Shown: positions 24,797-38,108 of the stretch, one piece after another | How the letters are laid out: the number at the start of each line of letters is the position of its first letter | Numbering within the stretch: the first letter of the stretch is position 1 | Assembly: GCA_043228905.1 (NCBI GenBank) | Contig: JBHGNT010000006.1 | Location: forward strand, 13,206,001 to 13,270,000 | Source of the DNA: Azolla caroliniana | Taxonomy: Eukaryota; Plantae; Polypodiophyta | Reading direction: 5' to 3' | Length of the DNA: 64,000 bases | Translations under genes and position numbers: made by a program | The notes under the pieces: generated by a model | The model's input: only the letters and a program-made list of their open reading frames with translations | Told to the model about the DNA's origin: nothing | Databases searched by the model: none

Positions 24797-25302
24797 TTGG
24801 AAGATGAGAGGATCCTAACTCGCCGAAGCCATGGTGGTACCGTTGACCGGCTAGTGAGTGCTCGTGAGGGTACGGGTACCCTCGATAGGGCCATCGAATC
24901 GATTGTCAGCACAATAGACCAGTTCGGAGGGAAGAACGCTACGAGCTATTTGGGGGCCTACCGGGCTGAGATGATGATGAGGGACATCCTAGAGGACAGA
25001 CGACTGACCGGATTCCCTGGGGTGGGGACACCAGTCATCCACGCAGAGGTGCTCGAGGTACAGGCTACCTGCCAGACCTGGGGAGAGTTCGAAGGGTGGC
25101 TCCTCGAAAAATATGGGCTTGACGACTCTCTTTGGCTGTCGAAGCGGGACTTCATGGAATGGGTGGAGACCCCCGGAAAGGGGAGGAACGCGTCGGCGCT
25201 CCTCCGGGAGTTTGAGGAACGCTTTGCCCGACTCTCAGCACTGGACAGAACCTTGCTTGACACAAGCCGTGTCCTGTTGTTCGTCAAAGTGGTGGACATG
25301 CG
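24797..25302 (+). pseudogene. gag: B gag, N-terminal part
   Basis: QFGGKNATSYLGAYRAEM..FEERFARLS..LLFVKVVD is homologous to C gag QFNGKDVSRYLQDYKAEM..FESRFGRLS..IMFLRAVD. Confidence 0.85.
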
Positions 25303-25488
25303 TGTCGAATACAAGTGTATAATGGACGTATTCACACTATCCCTTTGTATAGCTCAAGTTTGGGCCATTTGTGTAATTAGCATAAAGGGTAGTTGCCCTA
25401 AGTCGGTCACTATATATAGTGACCTTGTAACCTTTTTGTGAGGTTGGGTGTTGTATTATTGTTTCTATTGAATAGAAAGTCTTTTGTG

Positions 25489-25531
<43 letters not shown>

Positions 25532-28500
25532 GTGCAACGAACGAGAGACTGTCATACGCAGGTACAGAACAGAATCGAATGCTTCTTGATCTTCCGCATA
25601 GACGACCTTGTCTCCAACATCTGGTATCAGAGCCTGCACAGTATTCGGTCCTTCAATCCGCTGTCGGCCGTCGTCTCAGCCTGCACAGTATTCGGTTTCC
25701 TGCGTCATTCGAAGAAGAGAGAAGAAGAAGAAAAACGAGGATTGCACCTCATCGCGTTAGATCATCTTCGCCTGGAGTAAGCCAGCCGGCTGTACTCCGT
25801 TCCTTGTGATCGTAACCACTCGAGGTGAAATCCCCTTGTGCAACATTGACACGATCGTGCTCCACTCGGTTAAACGGCATCCGAAGAGGTCATCAAACGC
25901 TGCTCGCCGCTCATTGTAACCACTCGGTGCAGATCGGTCTCAAGACAACAACCCCAATTCGTGCTTCATCCGGCTGATCGACATTCGAGAGGATCAGTTG
26001 GATCCGTCTCTCTCGTCGCTGCAGTCAACCGAAGCAGAATCGGTCCAAATAATCGGTTTCAATAATCGGTATTTGGCATATATATTCGGAAGCGAACCGG
26101 GCTCACTCCGACTCGGCAACATTCGGGAAGACCAGTCGGTTCTGTCCCTCAAGTTACCGGAGTCAATTCGAGCAAGTTCAACAAATACATATATCCGAAG
26201 CCGAACCGACTCGGGTTCAAATCCGACTAGAACGATATCGGGTGAGCCAACCGGCTGCACTCCTTCAAGGTTCGTAGTCAACTCCGAACCGAGCTTCGCC
26301 AACCGAAACCAAATTTGATGGCATCAACATCCGGCTCGTCAGAAATGAGTCTACGAAAGTTCGATGGATCGAACTTCAACTTCTGGAAGGAGCAAATGCA
26401 GGACTATCTCATAGTCAAGGGGCAAATCGATCCCATCGAAAATGAAGAACCTCCAGAAGGATACAAACCAATTGAGTGGCAGAAGCTGGACAGAATCGTC
26501 CGCGCCACGATTCGGATGCACCTATCGGAATCGGTATACTTTACGGTGCAATCGTGTACGACAGCATTCGAACTGTGGAAAACACTGTCGGACACCTACG
26601 AAAAGAAGGTTGCTGCAACGAAGATGTTTCTGATCCGGCGCCTCTAAAACTTGCGGATGAAAGAATCCGATTCGGTTCAAGCACATCTCAATGAGTACGA
26701 AAGCATAAGCTCCCAAATCTCATCTCAGGGGACGGCAATCGAGGATGAACTCAGAGCCACGATACTCATGAGCAGCCTTCCCTCATCATGGGAGACTTTC
26801 GTCACAACCGTGTGCAACGCGTCAACCACGGCTGTTAAATACTCCGAAGTCACGAGCGCAATCCTGGCCGAAGCAGCTCGGAGAAAGTCTTTCGCCAAAG
26901 ACTCAACAGACGACGCTTATGTAGTACAAGGTTCGACAGACCGATCAAACATACGAGGAAGAGATTCCTCACGGCCGCCGAACAATCAGCGAAGACGGAG
27001 CCAGTCACGGGATAACCGAATCTGCAACTATTGCAAGAAACCCGGACACATCAAAGCCGACTGCCGCGCACTCAAGAACAAGAACGACAAGTCTCAGAGA
27101 TCAGACAAGAAGAGTGGCCGGCATGAGGAGATCAATTACGTCAGCTTCTCAGCTGATGTACTACCAAACGACCCGAATATACTATCAATCGAAAATCCAG
27201 TCGGATCAGAAGTTCTGCTCACGACTGAAGAATCGAGCACATGGCTCTTAGATTCGGGCGCGTCATTTCACGTGACTCCTCATCGATCCCAATTTTGGCA
27301 ATATACGATCCGTCACTCCGACTCAGTTCGAGTCGGTAACTCGCAACACTGTGACATCATCGGAATCGGCACAGTAGAGCTCAACCTTGCAGGTGGCTCT
27401 ACACTTGTACTTCACAATGTCCGACATGTACCCGAGCTCTCAAGGCCATTGATCTCAGTCGGACAACTAGATGAAGACGGCATTCGTGCCGGTTTTTCTT
27501 CGGGAGGGTGGACACTCCACAGGGGGAACCTCCTGCTTGCTAGAGGACCCAAGATACACTCACTGTATCCGTTACATGTTACGCTCAGAGAGGGTAACCT
27601 GTTTTTGGTGGATATTCCTGTGTCATCACTATGGCACAGAAGATTAGGACACCTCAGCAAGGCCGGCATCACGCACCTATCTAGAGCCGGGTACATCCCC
27701 AAACTCTCCTTCTCGGACCATCAATTCTGCGAGCATTGCCAGTATGGCAAACAAGCAGCCGCATCACACCCGACATCAGCACCAAGAGAAACGAGACCTC
27801 TCGACTTAGTCCACTCGGATGTCTGTGGCCCAATGCCGCATCAGTCTCTTGGTGGTGCCTCTTACTTCGTCAGTTTTATTGACGATTCGACTCGAAAGGT
27901 GTGGGCTTATCCAATTCGCACCAAAGATCGTGTCTTCTCGATCTTCTCCGATTGGCTCGCTATGGTAGAAAATCAAACCGGCCGAAAACTGAAATGCTTT
28001 CGGACCGACAATGGGGGAGAGTTCAAATCCGAAGAATTCGTCAAATTCTGCCGACAACGCGGCATCCGACGTGAATTTACGGCACCACACAGTCCGGAGC
28101 AAAACGGGATTGCCGAACGCATGAATCGGACAATCCAAGAACGGATAGTTTCCATGCTCCAACACTCCGGACTGTCGGATGGCTTCTGGGCAGAGGCTCT
28201 ACTCACGGCAGTACACATAATCAATATGTCAACAAGTAGACCTCTAGGACTTCAAACTCCTCAGGAACTATGGATCGGCAGCAAGCCGAATTACGACAAG
28301 CTGAGGATCTTCGGATGCGAGGCGTACGCCCTCATTCCGAAAGATGATCGCCGAAAACTTGCACCTCGGTCCAGGAAATGCGTTTTCCTTGGATATGGAT
28401 CAGACGGCGAAATGGGATACCGACTCTGGGACCCCGAACGCAGACAAATCGTTCGAAGTTCGGACGTTGTGTTCAACGAGTCGGCTATGAATCCATCAGT

Positions 28501-30729
28501 CGAAAAACCGATCGAAGTCCGAAGGGTAACATTTTCCGATGTGCCGACCCTTCAAGAAGGCCCCGCTCTTAACACACGGTCAGCTTCACGGGTAGCTGAA
28601 CCTTACACTCCCGACTCGGACAACTCCGACTCGGCACAACAGAATAATTCGCTTTCGGACCATCCGACACCGATACCCGATGCGACTAGTCCAATCATAC
28701 CTCGACGATCTGAGAGACTGTCGCAACCTTCGGAGAGGTATTCTCCTGGAATTTTCTTCACCGACGCCGGCGAACCGACGTCTTACGAAGAAGCATCGAC
28801 ATCTGTCGATTCAGTCACCTGGCATCTGGCGATGGAGTCGGAAATGCACTCCATTCGGGCAAACAAGACTTGGGATCTGGTCGAATTACCTAGGAACCGA
28901 CGTGCTCTTCCTTGCAAGTGGGTTTATCGACTAAAAGAGACGTCTGATTCGACCACCCCAAAGTACAAGGCCAGATTAGTTGCGAAGGGCTTCCGACAAG
29001 AATATGGCGTCGACTTCGACGAGATTTTTTCACCAGTGGTGAAAATGACAACCCTTTGTTTCCTACTCGGCGTAGTGGCAGCCGACAACTTGGAGCTGAT
29101 TCAGCTAGATGTCAAAACAACCTTCCTCCATGGTGATCTTGACGAGGAAATTTATATGGAGCAGCCAAAAGGCTTCGTGGCAACTGGCCAAGAACATCTA
29201 GTCTGCCGACTCAGGAAGAGTCTATACGGCCTCAAACAGGCACCGCGACAATGGTACAAGAAGTTCGACGACTTCATCCAATCGATCGGCTTCTCAAAAA
29301 GCGATGAGGACCATTGTCTTTTTACCAACACAGCTCAAGATGGATCACCCATCTTCCTCATCATCTACGTGGACGACATGCTAATTTCTGGACGCCACGC
29401 GGGCGAACTTGCCGATCTCATTCGGCAACTGCGGTTGAAGTTTGCCATGAAGGACCTCAGTCCGGCACGACACATCCTTGGCATGAAGATTAGTCGGCAT
29501 CGCGATAAACTACATCTTTTTTTGTCTCAGACCGACTATATCAGACGTGTCTTGGAACGCTTCAACATGCAATCAGCCAAATCTGCTTCAACCCCGCTCC
29601 CCATGAATCTTCGGCTCTCTCAGCGAGACTGCCCGACATCCGGTCCGGAGGGGGAAGATATGAAGTCGGTACCGTATGCACCGGCAGTCGGCTCCCTTAT
29701 GTACCTGATGGTCGTGACACGGCCTGATATCTCTCATGCCGTAGGAGTCGTTAGCAGATTTATGCACAATCCTGGCCGATCGCATTGGAACGCAGTCAAG
29801 CATGTGTTCAGATATCTGGCTGGCACAAAAGACCACGGCATTCTTTTCGGTCCGAACCGAACCTCAGGCGTAGTCGGTTACACCGACTCGGATTTCGCCG
29901 GCTGTATAGACAGTCGGAAATCAACAACCGGATACTGCTTCAAATTCGACAATGGAGCAATCTCGTGGAAGTCGAAACTTCAGGAGTGCACAGCGACCTC
30001 AACGACCGAAGCAGAATATGTAGCTGCGTCCGACGCAGCAAAAGAAGCTTTGTGGCTCGGTCGGCTGGCGCACACGTTTCGACAAGTCGACCATGACTCG
30101 GCTCCAGTTGTCTACAGCGACAGTCAAGGTGCTGTTGCCTTGTCGAAAAATCCGGTTCACCACAACGCCTCCAAACATATCGACGTTCGATATCACTTCG
30201 TTCGGGACTGCGTCATTTCAGGGAAAATCGGTCTAGAGAAAATATCCACAACCGACAATGTCGCAGATGGAATGACCAAGTGTCTTTCGGCAGACCGTTT
30301 TCGGTCTCTTCGGCATCAGATGGGCGTAACGACAAACCAGTCCGGTTAGAGCCGGACACAGCGCAGGATGGTCTCCGACAACCGACATCAGTTCCTTAAT
30401 GATCGGCTTCAACTCTTTCGACCCGACCAGTTCGGTCTTCTGCCTTCAGACCCTGCCGACTCGAACAAAAACTGATATGTCCGAGAACCTAGGTTTATAC
30501 CTGTAATCTTAGATAACCCATGTATACGCCCATTACGGGGGAGTGTCGAATACAAGTGTATAATGGACGTATTCACACTATCCCTTTGTATAGCTCAAGT
30601 TTGGGCCATTTGTGTAATTAGCATAAAGGGTAGTTGCCCTAAGTCGGTCACTATATATAGTGACCTTGTAACCTTTTTGTGAGGTTGGGTGTTGTATTAT
30701 TGTTTCTATTGAATAGAAAGTCTTTTGTG

Positions 30730-30774
<45 letters not shown>

Positions 30775-30862
30775 GTGCAACGAGCGAGAGACTGTCATAC
30801 GCAGGTACAGAACAGAATCGAATGCTTCTTGATCTTCCGCATAGACGACCTTGTCTCCAACA
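25303..30862 (+). mobile_element. H: very young full-length Ty1/copia (Tork-like)
   Basis: LTRs 25303-25619 and 30544-30862 differ by about 1 SNP and one CT unit; TSD ATGCG/ATGCG; PBS TGGTATCAGAGCC at 25622; PPT ACGGGGGAG before 30544. Confidence 0.97.
26318..30349 (+). pseudogene. gag-pol: H gag-pol polyprotein with a single in-frame stop (TAA 26645-26647)
   Basis: 110-aa and 1232-aa ORFs in the same frame; CNYCKKPGHIKADC, WLLDSGASFH, WHRRLGH, RTDNGGEF, YVDD, YTDSD. Confidence 0.95.
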
Positions 30863-30867
30863 ATGCG

Positions 30868-33851
30868 GGACCGGGAACAGGTGGGTCTCCTGTTGGAGAC
30901 TGATGGATGATGGGCTGACGGCTGATTGGTACGTGGTAAAGAGAGTCTGCGGCTGTTTTGATAAACGACGCGATTGGAGCAATGAGGGTTTGTCAATAGT
31001 GGGACCAATTTTCGCAAGGAAGCTTGAGGAGTCGTTGCTACCACGAAAGGAGGAGACCCGAAGTTGGCTTGAGACGGGCTCGGCCCCAACCGGCGTGGAC
31101 AAAGGCCCATTCGGAGGAGTGGATCTAGAAGAACTGACACATATGATGCATGATCTTTTTATTGCGCAGGCCCGGAGAAACATCGAAGAATAGTCGCGTG
31201 ATTCGAGGCCTCCGGCTGGATAACGGTGCATGTGGTGCGACACGGTCGGCCACAACAGGAGAGACTGCGTAGAGTTTACAGAAGCACTCAGAAGTAAAGT
31301 GGTTTACTTGTGGAACGGGCGGGTACACGCCAGTGATACCTGGAGGGCCCTAGAGATGAATGTCGAACGCAGCGGGATGAAGCGGTTGATGGGGGAAGCT
31401 ACGACGCGCCACGCGGAGGCCGTCCACTATTCCGCGTCGGCTGGGATCCGGGTCGGAGGCGACGAACGCCAAAGGACGAAGGATTTCGTATTCTAACCAA
31501 CAGTACTAAAAGGCCTCTCCAGAGTATGGCTGAAGAGGGAGGAAGTGGACCGCGCGGAGCAGCGTGTCCGGGAAGTCACAGGATGGTCTGATCCAGTTGA
31601 GGAGAAGACCGGGTTTGTGGAAGCGATGTGCCGGAACTATGAAGTTCTAGTAGAGGACAAGTGTGCGGGAAGGGCCAGAGGGACCGGACCCCCAAATCAG
31701 TATGAGACTCGGTTCAGACCGAAGAAGAATGATGCCGGTAATTCCGACATACTAGACAAAACGAAGCAGGCCGATTATCGGCTGGACTTGTGGAAGGTCC
31801 TCAAAGAGCGGATCCTCGACAACAAGGTGGAGTTGTCGATGAGAGAAGTGCTCGGAATCGTGAAGAGGGAGTTCCACGAGTCCATCATGGACTTGGTAAA
31901 GCATAAACGGCTCTCGAAGGAGCTAGAACCGGAGAAGCCCGTGGAAATGTGGACAATGCACCTAGAGGACGAGGCCTTGGAGGATGAGTTGGCAGAGAGC
32001 CACTATTCGAGGTTGCACTGGGCTAGAGCCACTACGGAGACCCCGGTTCAGATCGGGGAAGTCCAGGAGTCCATGATGGCGTTGATTGACCATGGCTCCG
32101 AAATCAACTTGATGTCCATGGACTTCTATAGAAAGGGGAAGTGGCCGATCAACACCAAGCACAACTGGAAAATATGCGCAGCGACACGTGCTACGGAGGA
32201 GTTGCACGAGGCATGCCCAAAATTAGGAGTCAAGATCGGCAATGTCAAGATTGACGAACACTTCTTCGTGCAGGAGATGTCCTCGCACCCAGTGGCGCAT
32301 GGAGACCAAGGTGGTGGATAACGGTTCGGCGTACGCGTCTGTGAAGTGCCAAGATGGACAATTCCTAACAGTGCGACCAAACCATGAGCGTAACCGCGAG
32401 ACCCTTGACAACGATAGACGAGGGGATTTTTAGAGAGGGCTATCAAGGCGTGGGGCCGCGGTAGTCTGGACACTCCGGACAAACCCCACACATGTACCAT
32501 AGGTATGAAATTTTGGGTTCTCTGACAACGGAGGTTGTACGATAGTTAGTAGCCCTGACGAAGAATTAGGCGGCGCCGTGGAGGCGGTCTCCTTCGATGA
32601 CACCCTGGGAGAGATAGGGAAGGTGTTAGAAGAAGGCCTCAGTGAAGATCGGGTGATTGCGGTTAGCTCCGTGGAAATGTATGAAGTCATTGCCAACTTC
32701 GGGGAGAAGGTCGAGCGGCCTACGTAGATACGAAGTACAAGACTGTGGACCGGAAGGTGAGGCCAGTTGCGGCTCCCTTGCCGGAGGGCAGCGAGGAACG
32801 GATAAAAGGGGTTGCATCGGACCTAAGTTTACGGAATCCGGCCAACATAGGACACCGGTTCACCGACAAAACGCTACAGTAGCTCAAGGTTGGTGGGGGT
32901 GTCTTTCTACTACCGGCGGAGGAAGATCGGTTTCAAAGGATGCTCGGGAGGCACGTGAAGGTCTTTGCATTCTCACCATAGGAGATCGGGTGCGTGGACC
33001 CGACGATCGTAGAACCGATGGTTATCTTCACGGTATTGCATGTGCCGTGGAATCTCAAACTGATTCCGGTACCCAGAGCTCACATCCTGAAGTTGATGGA
33101 GCTACTAAAGCACAGGGTGGAGATGAGCATCGTCAAGCCGTCAAGTGCCCCATATTCAAGTCGGTGGTTTACCGTGCCGAAGAAGAACGGCACGCTACTG
33201 GTAGATGGTCAATAGGGTGACCGTTCGAAATGCAGGTATCAGACCAACCATTGACGAGTTTGCAGAAGCCTTCGCTAGAAGGTCGATCTATTCGGTCGGT
33301 GATCTGTACTCGAGGTATGACCAATTCCAACTAGCCATGGAGAGCACAGACATTACGACGATGCAAACTCCCCTCGGCCTAGTGCGGATGTGTACGTTGC
33401 TGCAAGGAGGGACCAACTCTGTGGCGCACATGGTGAACGCGATGAACAAGGTGCTGAGGGACTGCGTCCCGGACATTACCATGCCGTTTCTGGATGACGT
33501 TCCGATTAAAGGTTGCCCGGTGGAAGATAAGGATGAATCAGTTGGGCCGTACGGATGCCGGAGATTCGTTGCGGACCACATTGGCGATTGCGAGAATGTG
33601 CTACAAAAGCTTGAGAACGCGTAGCTCACCTTCTCTAGAGAGAAATCGGCTTTCGGGCAATCGGAGATCCTAGTGCTCGGGCACTTGTGCGGGCCTTATG
33701 TTCGGAAACCGTCACCGGCAAAGGTAGAAGCCATCTCCGTAATGAAGGAAGAATGGAAGTCAGTTACGGAGGTATGGAGGTTCTTGGGCGCATGCGCGTT
33801 CTACCACATTTGGATCCCGCACTACGCACACATCGCGGAGCCACTCTACGG
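30868..33851 (+). pseudogene. gag-pol: B gag C-terminus, protease and RT remnant
   Basis: CMWCD..H..DC knuckle, ALIDHGSEINLM, DLYSRYDQF, LLQGGTNSV, PFLDD. Confidence 0.9.
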
Positions 33852-34504
33852 TGTCGTGCCTTTCGGCTCCGGATCGTTGCGTGAGTCGGGTGGGAACCGC
33901 CGAGGTTTTGGACTAGGAGAAAGAAGTTCGTGAGATAGAGATTAATTATGAGTAAATAGCAAAGAGAAAGATAAGAAACTCGTGAATCACACGAGTATAC
34001 TATATTAATTGGTACTTAGGGTGTTAAGAGAGAAGTAGATGTATAAATCGTGAATCCCACGAATAATTTTTGTATTGATTAATACTTAATCCAAAAAAAA
34101 TCAACAACTCTTTACATATTTCTCTCCTCCTTATATAAGGAAGGAAGAGCTAAGCATGTCTTCATGCCTTTTTTTTTTATTACAAAAAGTGTTCATGTCC
34201 ACTAAATGTGTATGTGATGCTTTTTTATTTCCTAAGTATAGGGCTCATGCACGCTAGATGTGCATGAGTTATTTTTAGTGCCTCGTCTTTTTTATATATT
34301 AAAAAAATACACGATTTACCTTTTAATAAAGGTATGCATAAATAAAGGTCTTATACGTATTAAATCTATATTTAAAACACTTAAGATAAGTTAATGTAAT
34401 GGTAAGGTTGGGGTTTGTCAACGTGGAGGTGTAGAGTTTGAATCACGTCCTGCGCAGTAGTGAGTATTTCCTTTTTTTTTACATTTATGTCTCTTTATCC
34501 GGCT

Positions 34505-34578
34505 CTTCCTTGCCGGTATGCCGTTTTCTTCCTTGCCGGTATGCCGTTTTCCTCCTTGCCGGTATGCTGTTTTCTTCC
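34505..34578. repeat. About 23-bp tandem repeats (3 copies) in C LTR U3; also at about 46357-46430
   Basis: CTTCCTTGCCGGTATGCCGTTTT. Confidence 0.85.
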
Positions 34579-34708
34579 GGTTCTCACCGAGCACTCCATT
34601 CTCTATCCGGAGGGACAAAAATATAATTTCCACATAGTGTGCAACCTACACTACGACACTCGCCCCCTCCAAACCCGCACATCCTCCGGTATGTGCCGAA
34701 GTTCTTGA

Positions 34709-37700
34709 TTATTCGTATCCGTCTTCATCCGAAGCTTCCTCCGATTCTCCCCTTATGTCGACTATGAGTTGTAATCCACTTTCTTCGCTTCCCGCATCAT
34801 TGTGGTCTTCGTCCGATTGCTCCTCGTTGTCGGCCTCGACTTGGATCACATAAGGTTTGTCGTCGGTCCGCTTCTTGAAAATCTTCACCCGCTTCCCGGC
34901 TATAGGCACTCGTAGTATTGTTCCATCCAACTCGGACAGTCGGTACGTCCCGTTGTCGAAGACCTTCCGAACCTCGTACGGCCCGAACCACCTTTTCGCG
35001 AATTTCCGCATCGTTGTATGTTGATGGTCCAAGCTACTATCATAGACGATCACCCAATCTCCTTCTTCAATCCTCCTCGGTCGTAGTCGGTGCTTTGTGT
35101 CGAACCGGCTTTTGTTCCGGAACCGTGCTTCTTGTTGTCGGCGTGACGCTTCCGCTACATCTTTCGGTCTTCCCTCCAGTTGTCGTATCCGGACCGCTAG
35201 TAGTTCTTCCCGGCTCATCTCTTCCTTCCACGGTAGTATTGTCCATGTCGCGATTGCGGTTTCCGTTGGCATTACCGGTGCTTGTCCGGTCATGAGTTCT
35301 GCCGGCATGTAACCGGTCACGGAGCTATGCGTCGTCCGATCCGCCCATAGTGCATACGGAAGCATTTGTGGCCAATCCTTCACCCTTCCGTCGCATGCCT
35401 TCGCAAGTGCTTTCACGATCGGACTATGTCCTCGTTCGATCTTCCCGTTGGCCTCCGGATTGTAGGCCGTTGTCAACGTTAACCGAACTCCATGTTTGGC
35501 GAAGAATCCCCTAGCTTTGTCCGAGTCGAGTTCTCCCCGGTCCGCAATCACTTGTCCTACGCAGCCGTACCTACAAAACACTTCTTCCAAAAGAAATTGG
35601 CACACCGCGGCACACGTTTTCCTCCGAAGCGCTCGACCTTCAACTTGGTTTGTGAGATCTTCTCGAGCTAACACCAAGTATTTCTTTTGTCCAATCCCGG
35701 TCGGCATAGCTACAATGTCGACCATCCACTTGAAGTTGATTGTCGGTGAGAATGTCGGATGCAGCTCATCTCGGTGTCGGACCCCGGAGTAGACTTGACA
35801 TTTCTCGCAGCTTTCTGTGAACTCCGCGACATCTTTATACATGTTCTTCCACCAATATCTTTGCTTGATTTTCACAAAAGTTGCCCATGTTCCTCGATGT
35901 CCAGCCCAATCGGATTCGTGGAACTCGGACATTATCCGGTTTCGTTGCTCTTTCGTCCCGACTACTCGAAGTGGTATCCCATCCGATCTTTTCGGTGTCC
36001 TCCATATTAAACCGTTTTCCAAGAAGAACTTTTGGACTTGCCTCTTCTTCCTTCGGATCTCGGCTCTCCTTTCTTTATCATTGGTTGAATCCTCGACCTC
36101 TTGTAGCATCTTCCCGATCATCAAGGTTTCCCCCTCGTATTCTTCTTCCCGGAATTCTCGGATCACGTTCACTCGGCATATGTGTTCTGACGTGAAGTAG
36201 TCTTCGGAAACTTCTTCATTATCTGATTCGGTTATGTCGTCTTCAAACCGCGCCCTCGATAACATGTCCGCTACCGCGTTGTCCTTCCCCGAGATGTGTC
36301 GAACCTCCGGATTAAGTGACTTGACATATGCAATCCACCTTAGCATAGCCACATCCGGTATCGTACAACACCGCATCATCCCGAGTATCGGAAGACAATC
36401 CGTCTCGACCACCACTTCAGCTCCGATCAAATAATCCCGATCCGATTTTATCGCCGACACGACTCCCCACAATTCTCTTTTGACTTGTGCATATCCGCGT
36501 TGCCTTTCGTTGAGGACCTTTGCTCCAAATCGGATCGGATACCGCGAACCATCCGAGTCGGCTTGATTGATGACCCACCCGATACCGGTTGGACTTGTAT
36601 CAACCGTTACTATGATTGGCCGCTCGTAGCTTGGCTTCTTAAGTGATTCCGCCCTCCATAGTGTCTTCTTGAGCTTCCTCATGGCTTTAGTGTGTTCCGG
36701 TTTCCACTCGAATTTCTTACCTTTCCGCAACAAGTGATAGAGCGGGTCCGCTATATGTGCATAGTGCGGAATCCATATGTGATAGAATGCACACGCACCC
36801 AGAAACCTTCGGACTTCCGATGTTGACTCACATACTTCCTTCATAGCTTGAATCGCATCGATCTTTGTTGGTGACGGTCTTCGGCCGTAGGGTCCACATA
36901 GATGTCCGACCACCAATATTTCTTCTTGCCCGAATGCCGATTTCTCCCCGGAAAGTGTTAGGTGCACATCTTCTAGTTTTCGCAACACTTTCTCACAATC
37001 ATGAATATGGTCGACCACGAACTTTCGGCATCCCCGATCATCCATAGTCTCATCTTTTTCTTCCACCGCGCATCCTTTCATCGGAATGTCATCTAGAAAC
37101 GGCATCATTATCTCCGGGATGCAATCTCGAAGCACCTTGTTCATCGCGTTCATCATATGTGCAACCGAGTTTGTCGCTCCTTGTGGTAGTGTGCACATTC
37201 GAACTAGTCCTATCGTTGTCCGCATGGTAGTGATGTCTCGGCTCTCCACGGCTAGTTGGAATTGGTCATACCCCGAGTATAGGTCCCCGATGGAGTATAT
37301 CGCACGTCCGGCAAAAGCTTCCGCGAATTCGTCCACTATCGGACCGACTCCCGAGTTCCGGATCGTGACCTTGTTCACCGGTTGCAAGTCTTGGATGAAT
37401 CGGAGTGACCCATTCTTCTTCGGAACCGTAAACCATCGATTTGAGTACGGAGCACTTGATGGCTCTAGAATCCCCATCGCCACCTTCTCCTTGAGCAAGT
37501 CGATGACTTTCGGAATATGCGCCCGTGGCACCGGAATCGGCTTCAGGTTCCACAGTACATGATCAATCGTGAAAATCACCATCGGCTCCACTATCTTTGG
37601 ATCAATGCATCCGATCTCCCTCGATGTGAACGCGAATGCTTTGCCATGTTGCTCCAACATCTCTCGAAACCGTTTTTCTTCTTCTTGTAAGAGGAACCCA

Positions 37701-38092
37701 CCTCCACCGATCCGAAGTTTCTTCCGGGTCTCATCTGTGAAGGCATGTCCGATATCCACGGACTTCCGAAGTGTCGGATCTCCCGAGACTTCTTTCTTCT
37801 TTTGTTCGCTATCGGCGGGTAGTGGTCCCGCGGCCGGTTTCACCTTCTTCTCCACGGTCTTGTATTTCGTACTTACCATTGCTTCTTCTTTGCGGAGCGC
37901 ATCCGGCCCCATTTTCGCAACGATCTCGTACATCTCGACCGATTCCACCGGGACTACCCGGTTCCCTTGGCTTTTATCTTCCGCAAGCTCTTCAAGCCGT
38001 TGTAGTGTATTCCCATAGAACACTTCCTCGATCACTCCCACGATTTCTTCGTCTTCTTTTATTATTGATGCCGACCGTAACTTATCCTCCAC
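34709..38092 (-). CDS. pol: C Pol (RT-RNase H-integrase, 1127 aa); its 5' part at 43486-43634 is separated by L2
   Basis: DLYSGYDQF, LPQGATNSV, PFLDD, VDTSPTGIG, HESDWAGH..CEKC, DRGE, YNPEANGKIE, WFGPY; no chromodomain; acidic C-terminal tail. Confidence 0.95.
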   Translation of the reverse strand: MEDKLRSASIIKEDEEIVGVIEEVFYGNTLQRLEELAEDKSQGNRVVPVESVEMYEIVAKMGPDALRKEEAMVSTKYKTVEKKVKPAAGPLPADSEQKKKEVSGDPTLRKSVDIGHAFTDETRKKLRIGGGGFLLQEEEKRFREMLEQHGKAFAFTSREIGCIDPKIVEPMVIFTIDHVLWNLKPIPVPRAHIPKVIDLLKEKVAMGILEPSSAPYSNRWFTVPKKNGSLRFIQDLQPVNKVTIRNSGVGPIVDEFAEAFAGRAIYSIGDLYSGYDQFQLAVESRDITTMRTTIGLVRMCTLPQGATNSVAHMMNAMNKVLRDCIPEIMMPFLDDIPMKGCAVEEKDETMDDRGCRKFVVDHIHDCEKVLRKLEDVHLTLSGEKSAFGQEEILVVGHLCGPYGRRPSPTKIDAIQAMKEVCESTSEVRRFLGACAFYHIWIPHYAHIADPLYHLLRKGKKFEWKPEHTKAMRKLKKTLWRAESLKKPSYERPIIVTVDTSPTGIGWVINQADSDGSRYPIRFGAKVLNERQRGYAQVKRELWGVVSAIKSDRDYLIGAEVVVETDCLPILGMMRCCTIPDVAMLRWIAYVKSLNPEVRHISGKDNAVADMLSRARFEDDITESDNEEVSEDYFTSEHICRVNVIREFREEEYEGETLMIGKMLQEVEDSTNDKERRAEIRRKKRQVQKFFLENGLIWRTPKRSDGIPLRVVGTKEQRNRIMSEFHESDWAGHRGTWATFVKIKQRYWWKNMYKDVAEFTESCEKCQVYSGVRHRDELHPTFSPTINFKWMVDIVAMPTGIGQKKYLVLAREDLTNQVEGRALRRKTCAAVCQFLLEEVFCRYGCVGQVIADRGELDSDKARGFFAKHGVRLTLTTAYNPEANGKIERGHSPIVKALAKACDGRVKDWPQMLPYALWADRTTHSSVTGYMPAELMTGQAPVMPTETAIATWTILPWKEEMSREELLAVRIRQLEGRPKDVAEASRRQQEARFRNKSRFDTKHRLRPRRIEEGDWVIVYDSSLDHQHTTMRKFAKRWFGPYEVRKVFDNGTYRLSELDGTILRVPIAGKRVKIFKKRTDDKPYVIQVEADNEEQSDEDHNDAGSEESGLQLIVDIRGESEEASDEDGYE

Positions 38093-38108
38093 TTGTCGGT
38101 ATTGTTTC

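Noticed and set aside
34385-34456. A functional tRNA gene
   Set aside because: Acceptor, anticodon and T stems do not pair properly; kept only as a tRNA-like finding
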